From assembly GCA_963675845.1 (NCBI GenBank), contig OY776634.1:2109052-2173051 (forward strand): 64,000 nucleotides of DNA. Direction: 5' to 3'. Origin of the DNA: an uncultured Saccharofermentans sp. (lineage in GTDB: Bacteria; Bacillota; Clostridia; Saccharofermentanales; UBA5734). This document shows, in pieces, positions 47,872 through 56,292 of this stretch (position 1 is the first letter of the stretch; every line of letters begins with the position of its first letter). The translations under genes and the position numbers were made by a program. Below the pieces are notes generated by a model. That model saw only the letters and a list, made by a program, of their open reading frames with translations. It made no database searches and had not been told where the DNA came from.

Positions 47872-48572
47872 AGCAGCAAGACATCTCAATCGGCACACGC
47901 CTCGAGATCTGGCCGCTGACCGAGCTGTCGGAGCATGAGCCCCAACCGGCAGCGACCTTGGTCAGCCAGGTGATCGAGGGCGGGCAGAACCAGACGATGA
48001 GCATCGCGATCCCGAGCCGCGGCGCCAATCTGGTCACCTGGCCGCTCGGTCAGCGATTCCGGATGGCTTTCACCGAGCCCAATCAGTGCTGCTGGACGCT
48101 GGACGGCGAGATCGAAGAGCAGATCGTCATCGACAAGGTGCGATGCTACAGAATCGCCATCCAGGGTGAGCCGGTCCGCCAGCAGCGAAGAGACTGGTTT
48201 CGGCTGCCGGTCAGCCTGGCCATGTCATTCAGGTTTCACGAGGCAAAAGATACGGACCGGGACGCGGCGCAGCAGCCGGAGGAAGATATCCCGGCCTTTT
48301 CCGGCATGACCCGCGACATCTCAGGCGGCGGCGCATCGTTTGTCACAGACATGAAGCGGCTGGACTGCAAACTTTTGGATATTGAAATTCCGTTAAGATC
48401 CGACCGCGTGATCCGGGCCAAGGGACATATTGTCCGAAAGGAAGTCCTGAACGAGCAGCCCAGGCGCTCCCACATCGCGATCCAGTTCACCGAAATCTCC
48501 CGCGGCGACCAGGATGACCTGGTGCGCTTCGTGTTTCGCGAGCAGGTGAGAGCCCGCAAGGTCGGCGGGTAG
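47868..48572 (+). CDS. PilZ-domain c-di-GMP receptor (YcgR/MotI-like flagellar brake candidate)
   Basis: QQRRDWFRLP (RxxxR) and TRDISGGGASF (D/NxSxxG). The start overlaps the GGDEF-EAL stop (ATGA). Confidence 0.85.
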   Translation: MKQQDISIGTRLEIWPLTELSEHEPQPAATLVSQVIEGGQNQTMSIAIPSRGANLVTWPLGQRFRMAFTEPNQCCWTLDGEIEEQIVIDKVRCYRIAIQGEPVRQQRRDWFRLPVSLAMSFRFHEAKDTDRDAAQQPEEDIPAFSGMTRDISGGGASFVTDMKRLDCKLLDIEIPLRSDRVIRAKGHIVRKEVLNEQPRRSHIAIQFTEISRGDQDDLVRFVFREQVRARKVGG

Positions 48573-48670
48573 GGCGGTTGTCAAACAGGGCGGAAAAACG
48601 GGAGACACAAGGAAAACTGGATTGGTAAACAGTAATATTCTGGTTAAAAAGACATGGGATACTTTGCAGT

Positions 48671-48724
48671 TTGACTACAAATTTAGTCAATCAATTGACA
48701 ATCAAAGTAATTGAGTCATACAAT
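48671..48724 (+). promoter_or_regulatory. Sigma-A promoter with an adjacent palindromic operator-like site upstream of capD
   Basis: TTGACTA-caaatt-TAGTCAA palindrome (48671-48690), then TTGACA (48695-48700), 18-nt spacer, TACAAT (48719-48724). Confidence 0.6.
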
Positions 48725-48831
48725 GGGGTCTGAATAGGGTTTAGTCGGGCCTTGATAAAGGATGGCAAGGCTGGCAATCCCAAATCCAGGGAAAACTCAA
48801 TTTTGATATGCTTGTCATCAAAGGATAGGAA

Positions 48832-50796
48832 GTGTCACCGTTGAAGCATTTAGGTCAAAACCGCAGGATTCCGATTTCAAGAAGGCTGTTGCCGATCTTT
48901 GATTTTCTGATTCTGCTTTTTTCAATTGTTGTCTCGTTCTGGCTCGCCTACGGCGATGTCAAGTGGCCCCGGCTGGGCGAGGTCTTTCTCCAGATTATCT
49001 TCCCCTCCGCGATCTGCGGCCTGATCATCTTCGAGTTTATCGGGCTGTACCGCCAGCTCTGGCGGTTTGCCACCATTCTCCAGTACATCTACCTGGCTGC
49101 CGGCACGCTGCTGCAGACCACATTCTACTACCTGATCGGCTTGCTGTTCCCCAATCCGCCGCGGCACGGCTACTATGTCGTCTTCTGGATGACCAGCTTC
49201 ATCCTGATGACCGCGCTCCGCGTCGCCTACCGGATTATCTTCAACTATGAGCTGTATCACCTTGCCAAGGCGTATCATCGCTTCAGGGCGAGATTTCACA
49301 ACCGCCGCGCGAAGGAGAATCTGACAAGGGTTTTGATCATCGGGGCGTCGCGCACGGCCAGCAAGATCATCCGCGAGATGCGCGAGACGAGATCCGGCTA
49401 CCTGCCGGTCGCGATCATCGACGACGACCGCGAAAAGCTCGACTGCTCCGTCATGAACGTGCCGGTCATCGGCGACCGCAGACACCTCTATGAGGCGGTC
49501 GACAAGTACAGCATCCAGGAAGTGATCATGGCGATCCCCAACGCCGAGCACAATGTGATCATCGACTACACCGAGATGTGCCGCTTGATCAATGTCAAGC
49601 TCAAGATCATGCCGGGCATCCAGGACCTGATCGACGGCAAGATCAGCCTCGACATGATCAAGGACGTCGCGATTGAAGACCTGCTGGGCCGCCAGGAGAT
49701 CGAGTTCGACGACGAGGGCCATACCGTATACCTCAAGGACAAGGTCGTGCTGGTTACCGGCGGCGGCGGATCGATCGGATCCGAGCTCTGCCGCCAGATC
49801 GCCAAGGCCGGGCCGAAGCGGCTGATCATCTTCGATATCTACGAGAACAACGCCTTTTCGCTTCAGCACGAGCTGCTGGCCAGCCACAAGGATGGTCTGG
49901 ATCTTAAGATCCTGATCGGGTCGGTGCGCGACACGCATCGCCTGGATGAAGTCTTCGCGCAGCACAAGCCGGACATCGTGTTCCACGCCGCCGCGCACAA
50001 GCACGTCCCCCTGATGGAGGACAGCCCGGGCGAGGCGGTCAAGAACAACATCGGCGGCACCTACAACGTCGCGGACGCGGCCGGCAAGTTCAAGTGTGAG
50101 CGCTTCGTCCTGATCTCAACCGACAAGGCGGTCAACCCGACCAACAAGATGGGCGCGACCAAGCGTATCGCCGAGATGGTGATCCAGACTATGAACCGGG
50201 TCCATCCGCACACCCAGTACACGGCCGTGCGTTTCGGCAATGTCCTGGGCTCCAACGGCTCGGTGATCCCGATCTTCAAGGAGCAGATCCGCCGCGACCG
50301 GAAAATTACAGTCACCCATCCGGACATCACAAGATTCTTCATGACCATTCCGGAAGCCTCCAGGCTGGTGATCAAGGCCGGCTCGTACAAAGCCCAGGAC
50401 AGAGACGACAGCCATACGTATGTTCTCGACATGGGCGAGCCCGTCAAGATCCTGGATCTGGCCAAGGCCCTGATCCTCCTGTCCGGCCTGGAAGTGGACC
50501 GCGACGTCAAGATCGAGTTCACAGGCCTCAGACCCGGCGAGAAGATGTACGAAGAGCTGTTCTACGACAAAGAAGACATGACCAGAACGGAAAACGAGAA
50601 AATCTTCAAGATCAAGCCGGGGTACGATCCGACCAAACTGATCACTGAGCTCGAAGAACTCCAGTCCCTGATCGGCTGGATGAACCCGGAGTTCGACCGG
50701 ATCACCATCTGGATTTTAGAACACCAGGCCAAGCCGCAGATCACCATGAAGCCGGTCACCAAAAAGTCCAACAAGATCCTGGCGGAAATCTCATGA
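48832..50796 (+). CDS. Membrane-anchored polysaccharide biosynthesis protein CapD/EpsC/PglF family (NDP-sugar 4,6-dehydratase/epimerase)
   Basis: Four N-terminal TM helices and two Rossmann segments (RVLIIGASRTASKII; VLVTGGGGSIGSELCRQI). 654 aa. GTG start. Confidence 0.9.
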   Translation: MSPLKHLGQNRRIPISRRLLPIFDFLILLFSIVVSFWLAYGDVKWPRLGEVFLQIIFPSAICGLIIFEFIGLYRQLWRFATILQYIYLAAGTLLQTTFYYLIGLLFPNPPRHGYYVVFWMTSFILMTALRVAYRIIFNYELYHLAKAYHRFRARFHNRRAKENLTRVLIIGASRTASKIIREMRETRSGYLPVAIIDDDREKLDCSVMNVPVIGDRRHLYEAVDKYSIQEVIMAIPNAEHNVIIDYTEMCRLINVKLKIMPGIQDLIDGKISLDMIKDVAIEDLLGRQEIEFDDEGHTVYLKDKVVLVTGGGGSIGSELCRQIAKAGPKRLIIFDIYENNAFSLQHELLASHKDGLDLKILIGSVRDTHRLDEVFAQHKPDIVFHAAAHKHVPLMEDSPGEAVKNNIGGTYNVADAAGKFKCERFVLISTDKAVNPTNKMGATKRIAEMVIQTMNRVHPHTQYTAVRFGNVLGSNGSVIPIFKEQIRRDRKITVTHPDITRFFMTIPEASRLVIKAGSYKAQDRDDSHTYVLDMGEPVKILDLAKALILLSGLEVDRDVKIEFTGLRPGEKMYEELFYDKEDMTRTENEKIFKIKPGYDPTKLITELEELQSLIGWMNPEFDRITIWILEHQAKPQITMKPVTKKSNKILAEIS

Positions 50797-51356
50797 CGAC
50801 AACCCCTCAAAAATCCTTCTGCCTCTTTTGCCGCACCGGTCAGGAGCAGGCCATCGCCGATCGGATCAACGAGGAATACACCCAACTCCAGGCGATCGCC
50901 CCGACCAAGGTGCTGCCGGAAAAGCTCAAAGGACAATGGCGAAACCGACCCAAGACCTTGCTCCCGGGCTACATCTTCCTCTACACGGACGATGAGGTCC
51001 CCCACGACCTCAGACACAAGACCAACCATACCTACAGACTACTGGAGTACGAAAGAGGCGTCAGGACCCTCATAGGGCCGGACGCCGACTATGCCATGTG
51101 GCTCCTCCGCCACCAGGGACAGATCCAGCCGTCCAGGATCCTGGCCATCGGGGAGCACGTGAAGGTCATCGACGGCCCGCTCATGGACTTCCAGGGCAGG
51201 ATCAAGAAGATGGACAGGCACAAGCGACGCATCTGGGTCGAATTCGACTTCGACAGCCAAAAACGCACCATATCCATCGGGGCGGAATACCTCTCAGACC
51301 CCAAACAGGCCGACCCGTTCCAAAGACAAATAACAAGCACCATCCCCCAAATGTAA
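50793..51356 (+). CDS. NusG-paralog transcription antiterminator (LoaP/UpxY-like)
   Basis: NGN-like N-terminal half (FCLFCRTGQEQAIADRI...LPGYIFLY) and a KOW motif (GEHVKVIDGPLMDFQGRIKKMD). The start overlaps the capD stop. Lies inside a glycan locus. Confidence 0.75.
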   Translation: MTTTPQKSFCLFCRTGQEQAIADRINEEYTQLQAIAPTKVLPEKLKGQWRNRPKTLLPGYIFLYTDDEVPHDLRHKTNHTYRLLEYERGVRTLIGPDADYAMWLLRHQGQIQPSRILAIGEHVKVIDGPLMDFQGRIKKMDRHKRRIWVEFDFDSQKRTISIGAEYLSDPKQADPFQRQITSTIPQM

Positions 51357-51459
51357 ACATTACACAACAAGGCTTGCGAGCCCAAAGCAAAAAGGGGTAG
51401 AATAACAACAGTGTTCAAAAATTGAACACGACAGAACAACACAACCCAGAGGTGAAAAC

Positions 51460-52029
51460 ATGACACCCGACCAACCCACCGAACAGGACAAGGATCTGAT
51501 CATCCTGACCGAAATCGAGGCCAACCAGGACATCTCGCAGCGCGAGCTGGCCAAACGGACCGGCCTCTCTTTGGGTTCGGTCAATATTCTCCTCAAAAAG
51601 ATGGCAAGAGAAGGCCTCATTAAGATGGAGTCCATTCCGGCCAACCGGGTCATCTACATGCTAACCCCCATGGGCATCGCCGAAAAGGCGGCCAAGACCA
51701 TCCGCTACATCCGCCACCACTACAAAATGATCCAACAGACCGAGAACCAGATCGCCGATCAGATCCGGAAATATAGCAAGTCCAACAAGATCGTCTACCT
51801 GGTTGAACCCGAAGGGGAACTGGCAGACCTGTTACAGGGCGCACTTGAGACCTGCAGACAGGAAAATCTCAATACGCCGATTGTCATGATCCGCCCGGAC
51901 GAGGCACTCAAGCAAGATAACCTCGAACACAAGGACAATGCCGTCATCCTCTACCTGCCGGATGACTACTTGACCAAAAGCCGACAGCAGGCTACCAGCA
52001 TCCCGATGCACAGCCTACTGGGTAACTAA
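51460..52029 (+). CDS. Winged-helix (MarR-like) EPS-associated transcriptional regulator
   Basis: wHTH segment ISQRELAKRTGLSLGSVNILLKKMAREGLIK. The N-terminal domain resembles EPS-associated MarR regulators. The C-terminal half is unknown. Confidence 0.65.
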   Translation: MTPDQPTEQDKDLIILTEIEANQDISQRELAKRTGLSLGSVNILLKKMAREGLIKMESIPANRVIYMLTPMGIAEKAAKTIRYIRHHYKMIQQTENQIADQIRKYSKSNKIVYLVEPEGELADLLQGALETCRQENLNTPIVMIRPDEALKQDNLEHKDNAVILYLPDDYLTKSRQQATSIPMHSLLGN

Positions 52030-52090
52030 AAGACACAGCTCCTAACCTTCTGATCTGACGCCTGCGTGCGCAAAGAGGAGGGGTGGGATA

Positions 52091-52147
52091 CAGACAGGGC
52101 CTGGCCAACCGAGCAGCTATTCTGCTCGGTTGGCCAGGCCCTGTCTG
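52091..52147 (+). terminator. 26-bp perfect hairpin at the high-GC/low-GC junction
   Basis: cagacagggcctggccaaccgagcag (52091-52116), loop ctatt, exact reverse complement (52122-52147), then ggtttc. It lies 60 nt after the regulator stop. Confidence 0.6.
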
Positions 52148-52447
52148 GGTTTCAAGAAAGATGACGGGTGAGTTTGGGGGATTGGGTATTGCTTGTTGGA
52201 GGGTAAGGCGTGAAGTTAGCGGTGATATTTTGAGCGTAGCACACCTATTGCAAGTTTGTGCGATAGGCACAGACTGTCACTGTTTCTGGGTTAGACACAG
52301 TGGTGAGGCACTTGAGCAAAGTGAATCGATTGATGCGATGAACGAATTTGACTGATATAGGACTAAAGTACGACGGTAAGAAAGTCAGCAAGATGAAAAC
52401 TTGCAAAATAGCATAAACAACGAACAAACAAGGTAGGTTGGGATTAG

Positions 52448-52798
52448 ATGATAATGAATGGACGTCGAGGTTTTACGTTAATTGAGCTTATCGCAGTTAT
52501 TGCGATTCTCGGAATTCTAGCAAGTATTATTAGTTTAGCTATTTCAGGGTTCGTAAAATCGAGCAGACAGCGAGTGTGTGAAATCAACAGCATACAGATT
52601 GAAAAGTTGTATGGTGCGGAGCTTGCCCTAACGGGGGCTGATCATTCAGACAGCCTGTTTAATCAATTTGTTGAACAATATGGTGACTGCTGTCCGACTG
52701 GCGGGTTGTATTCATTCGTTGACAATAGCGTTGTCTGCAGTATCCATACTGAAGAATCTGTAGGTGAGTCTGAAGTTGAGGGAGTTCCGTATTTGTAA
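52448..52798 (+). CDS. Orphan prepilin-type (type IV pilin/pseudopilin-like) protein
   Basis: MIMNGRRG|FTLIELIAVIAILGILASII is a class III signal peptide with a G-FTLIE cleavage/methylation motif. 116 aa. Cysteines lie in the C-terminal part (DCCPTGG, VCSIH). Confidence 0.8.
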   Translation: MIMNGRRGFTLIELIAVIAILGILASIISLAISGFVKSSRQRVCEINSIQIEKLYGAELALTGADHSDSLFNQFVEQYGDCCPTGGLYSFVDNSVVCSIHTEESVGESEVEGVPYL

Positions 52799-52915
52799 GA
52801 ATTTGGTTCGGTTATAGACAAGGGTAGTCGTGCTATAAAATCTTCAACCGAAGTATTGTGATCATTGAAGATGCATGAGAGAGGATCTGGTAGTTTTGTG
52901 TTTGAGTGGATTAGA

Positions 52916-53480
52916 CGACGTGAGTATCTTGAAAGAATGAAAACACAATATATTGTGGCTCAAAAATATTTGACTACCATATGTTGCATAAAACACATCC
53001 TTTCACCATAATCGGGCGCGACGTGAGTATGCTCTTAGAATAACTATATATAGTAGGTTTAAAAATTCGGAACACAATATGTAGAAACGAAAAACTGTAA
53101 TTTGTAATTAACTCGAAAAGATAATTACAGGCTTAAGGCCAGTAAAATCAAGGCTTTCAGAGATTTTGTAATTTGTAATTAAGAATTCGCCAAACTTTTT
53201 ATGTATTTAACGCCGATTCGACGTGAGTATGGTGAAAAGATAACAAGATATAGTATAGAACGAGAGTTCGCATACAATATGCTGCATAGGCATTTTTCAA
53301 AAAAGTGGTAGATAGAAAATCATCGACCACCGCTGAAAGTCAGTAAAATCAAGGGTTTCAGAAGATGGTGGTAGATGGTGGTCGATAAAAACACAAACTT
53401 TTATGTATTTAAGACCCAATCGACGTGAGTATGGTGAAAGGATAAAGAGGCTGTAAGGCAGTGGTAGCAAGGGTTTTAGA
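52916..53480 (+). repeat. Tandem modular repeat array in the leader of the glycan cassette
   Basis: The anchor cgacgtgagtat occurs at 52916, 53019, 53219 and 53421 (spacings 103, 200, 202). The core cagtaaaatcaagg[c/g]tttcaga is at 53140 and 53341, with a degenerate copy at 53459. Unit-specific words are tgtaatttgtaattaa (53096, 53167) and ggtggt-type (53305, 53363-53386). Confidence 0.9.
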
Positions 53481-53653
53481 GGTTGATATATCAGGGTGAA
53501 TGTTACAGTAGCATTACACGTAGTCTCATCCAATCAAAACATAGAATTATGCAATATATAGTGCTTGAAATCAATCAAATCACTACATATAGATCAAAAA
53601 ATAAGGTGTTCTATACACCTCAAACATACATAAACAAAGCAGGAGGAACTATC

Positions 53654-54304
53654 ATGGTTTACTTAAAAATCAAAAGATTAATAGATATCATACTTTCAAC
53701 ACTCGGACTTATCATTCTATCTCCTGTTTTTTTAGTACTCATTATAGCAATCAAGATTGACTCCCCTGGACCTGTTCTCTTTAAACAGAAAAGAGTTGGG
53801 ATTCATAAGAGTCATTTTCATATATTGAAGTTTAGAACCATGAGAATTGATACGCCTAAGGACACGCCAACACATTTATTAGAGAATCCGGATCAGTGGA
53901 TTACGAAGGTAGGTAAATTCCTACGTAAAACATCTCTGGACGAGCTACCTCAAATCATCAATATCTTTAAGGGTGAGATGAGTATCATTGGTCCAAGACC
54001 TGCGCTTTGGAATCAGTATGACCTGATTGAAGAAAGAGACAAGTATCATGCTAATGACGTGCCGGTTGGGCTTACAGGCTGGGCGCAGATTAATGGTAGG
54101 GACGAATTGCCTATAGAAGAAAAGTCTAGGTTGGATGGGGAATACGTTAAAAAAAGAAGTCTTTGGTTTGACCTTATATGTTTCATAGGGACTTTTACAG
54201 CTGTTCTTAAGAGCAAAGGTGTCATCGAAGGTGGAACTGGAGTTATTGCAAAGATGACTAAAGATAAAGAAGAGAAAAAAGGTTCGAGTCATTCCAACTT
54301 ATAA
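53654..54304 (+). CDS. Initiating sugar transferase (small PglC/WbaP-C-type polyprenyl-phosphate glycosyl-1-phosphate transferase)
   Basis: KRLIDIILSTLGLIILSPVFLVLIIAIKIDSPGPVLFKQKRVG...DELPQIINIFKGEMSIIGPRPA. AGGAGG lies before ATG 53654. The track ORF start (53483) is upstream. Confidence 0.92.
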   Translation: MVYLKIKRLIDIILSTLGLIILSPVFLVLIIAIKIDSPGPVLFKQKRVGIHKSHFHILKFRTMRIDTPKDTPTHLLENPDQWITKVGKFLRKTSLDELPQIINIFKGEMSIIGPRPALWNQYDLIEERDKYHANDVPVGLTGWAQINGRDELPIEEKSRLDGEYVKKRSLWFDLICFIGTFTAVLKSKGVIEGGTGVIAKMTKDKEEKKGSSHSNL

Positions 54305-54315
54305 GAGGTGAAACG

Positions 54316-55179
54316 ATGAAGCGAGTTCTAATTACCGGAAAAAAAAGTTACATAGGTACATCTCTTGAGAATTGGCTCAAGAGAGAACCTGATAAATATA
54401 AAGTAGATACGGTTGATATGAAAGATGGATCATGGAAAGAGAAAGACTTCGGTTCATATGATGTCGTGTTTCATGTGGCTGGGATAGCACACGTTTCATC
54501 TGATCCAAAGATGGAAGACCTCTACTATAAGGTAAATAGAGATCTAACGATTGAAACTGCTGAGAAGGCCAAGGCAGAAGGTGTAAAGCAGTTCATTTTT
54601 ATGAGCAGCATTATTGTTTATGGTGACAGCAGCAGTAGCAAGCGAGTTATAGATAGAAATACAGTTCCTACGCCAAGTAACTTTTATGGAAATAGTAAGC
54701 TACAGGCTGAGGAAGGTATTAAGCATTTAGAAACTGATGAGTTCATGATTGTGGTGCTAAGACCACCAATGATATATGGAAAAGGATCTAAAGGGAACTA
54801 TCCTAGGTTGGCAAACATGGCTAAGAAGATACCGATATTTCCTAACATCGATAATGAGCGCAGCATGCTTCATATAGATAATCTTTGTGAGTTCATTAAG
54901 GTAATGATTGATCATGAAGAGACAGGGCTTTATTTCCCGCAGAACAAAGAGTATGTGAAGACCAGTGAATTGGTAAAGACGATAGCAGAAGTTCATGGGA
55001 AGAAGATAATGATGACGGAGGTATTTAATCCTGTGTTGAGGTTGATGTTTAGTATTGGAATTGTGAATAAGGTATTCGGCAATTTGGTTTATGAGAAGTC
55101 CATGAGTGACTATGATAAGGCGAATTACCGAATAAGAGATTTTAGAGAATCTATTGAGTTGACGGAGAGTAGGGATTAA
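54316..55179 (+). CDS. NAD-dependent sugar epimerase/dehydratase family protein
   Basis: N-terminal Rossmann VLITGKKSYIGTSL and catalytic YxxxK (YGNSK). 287 aa. Confidence 0.85.
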   Translation: MKRVLITGKKSYIGTSLENWLKREPDKYKVDTVDMKDGSWKEKDFGSYDVVFHVAGIAHVSSDPKMEDLYYKVNRDLTIETAEKAKAEGVKQFIFMSSIIVYGDSSSSKRVIDRNTVPTPSNFYGNSKLQAEEGIKHLETDEFMIVVLRPPMIYGKGSKGNYPRLANMAKKIPIFPNIDNERSMLHIDNLCEFIKVMIDHEETGLYFPQNKEYVKTSELVKTIAEVHGKKIMMTEVFNPVLRLMFSIGIVNKVFGNLVYEKSMSDYDKANYRIRDFRESIELTESRD

Positions 55180-55181
55180 AT

Positions 55182-56276
55182 ATGGCAAAGAAGGTTCTAA
55201 TTTTGGTGAACCATGATGTGGTAATTTACAATTTTAGAAAAGAGTTAGTTGGGAGACTATTATCCGATGGAAACCAAGTTGTTATTTCTTCACCTTATGG
55301 TGAGAGGATTGATGATTTAGTTGAAATGGGATGTAAGTATATTGAAGCAAAAATTGAACGTCATGGTACAAACCCTCTCAATGAGCTTAAACTTATGAGT
55401 TATTATAAGAAAATTATGAGAGATATAAAACCTGATGTTGTTTTGACTTATACAATTAAACCCAATATTTATGGTGGTTTAGCTGCTAAAAAATATGGAA
55501 TCCCTTATATTGCCAACATAACCGGGTTAGGGACAGCTGTTGAGAAAAAAAGCCTCATGCAGCAAATTACTATTATTCTGTACAAATTAGCTTTCTCAAA
55601 TATTCAAAGAGTGTTTTTTCAGAATACAGAAAACATGAAGTTTTTCAGAGACAACAATATCGTAGTTAATAAGCATAGATTAGTGCCTGGTTCGGGTGTT
55701 AATTTGGATCATTATCAAGTATTAGACTATCCACCTGAAGATACAACAGAGTTTGTTTTTATTTCAAGAATTATGAAAGAAAAAGGCATTGATCAGTACA
55801 TAGAGGCAGCAGAATACATCACTAAGAAGTATCCAAATACCAAATTTCATGTGTGTGGATTTTGCGAAGAAGCCTATGAAGATATTCTAAGTGATTTGCA
55901 AAACAAAAATATTCTCACTTATCATGGAATGATTAGAGATATTAGAGATATATTAATGAAAGCCCACTGTACGATTCATCCAACATACTATCCTGAGGGG
56001 TTATCAAATGTACTACTTGAAAGTGCTGCAAGTGGAAGACCAATTATTACTACAGACAGAAGCGGGTGTAGAGAAGTTGTTGATCAAGGAATTAACGGAT
56101 TCATGATCAAACAGAAGGATAGTAATGATTTAATTGAAAAAGTGGAAAGTTTTTTGAAATTAAGTATTGAAGAAAAAAGGCAGATGGGCTTAGCAGGGAG
56201 AGCTAAGGTTGAAGCTGAATTTGATAGACAGATTGTTGTGGATGCATATATTGATGAAATAAATAAAACTAATTAG
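55182..56276 (+). CDS. Glycosyltransferase family 4 (GT-B)
   Basis: EX7E motif EGLSNVLLESAASGRPIITTDRSGCREVV. 364 aa. Confidence 0.88.
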   Translation: MAKKVLILVNHDVVIYNFRKELVGRLLSDGNQVVISSPYGERIDDLVEMGCKYIEAKIERHGTNPLNELKLMSYYKKIMRDIKPDVVLTYTIKPNIYGGLAAKKYGIPYIANITGLGTAVEKKSLMQQITIILYKLAFSNIQRVFFQNTENMKFFRDNNIVVNKHRLVPGSGVNLDHYQVLDYPPEDTTEFVFISRIMKEKGIDQYIEAAEYITKKYPNTKFHVCGFCEEAYEDILSDLQNKNILTYHGMIRDIRDILMKAHCTIHPTYYPEGLSNVLLESAASGRPIITTDRSGCREVVDQGINGFMIKQKDSNDLIEKVESFLKLSIEEKRQMGLAGRAKVEAEFDRQIVVDAYIDEINKTN

Positions 56277-56292
56277 ATGACTGAGGTGTGAA

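Noticed and set aside
52083-52355. A 90-aa + ORF spanning the 26-bp hairpin, and the overlapping minus ORF at 51992-52270.
   Set aside because: Both read straight through a perfect palindrome in an intergenic junction. Neither has an RBS or recognisable motif, so they are most likely artefacts.
52916-53480. A CRISPR array as the explanation for the repeats upstream of the glycan cassette.
   Set aside because: The period is about 200 bp rather than 60-75 bp. The repeats are composite blocks, not short identical direct repeats separated by unique spacers. There are no cas genes in the window.
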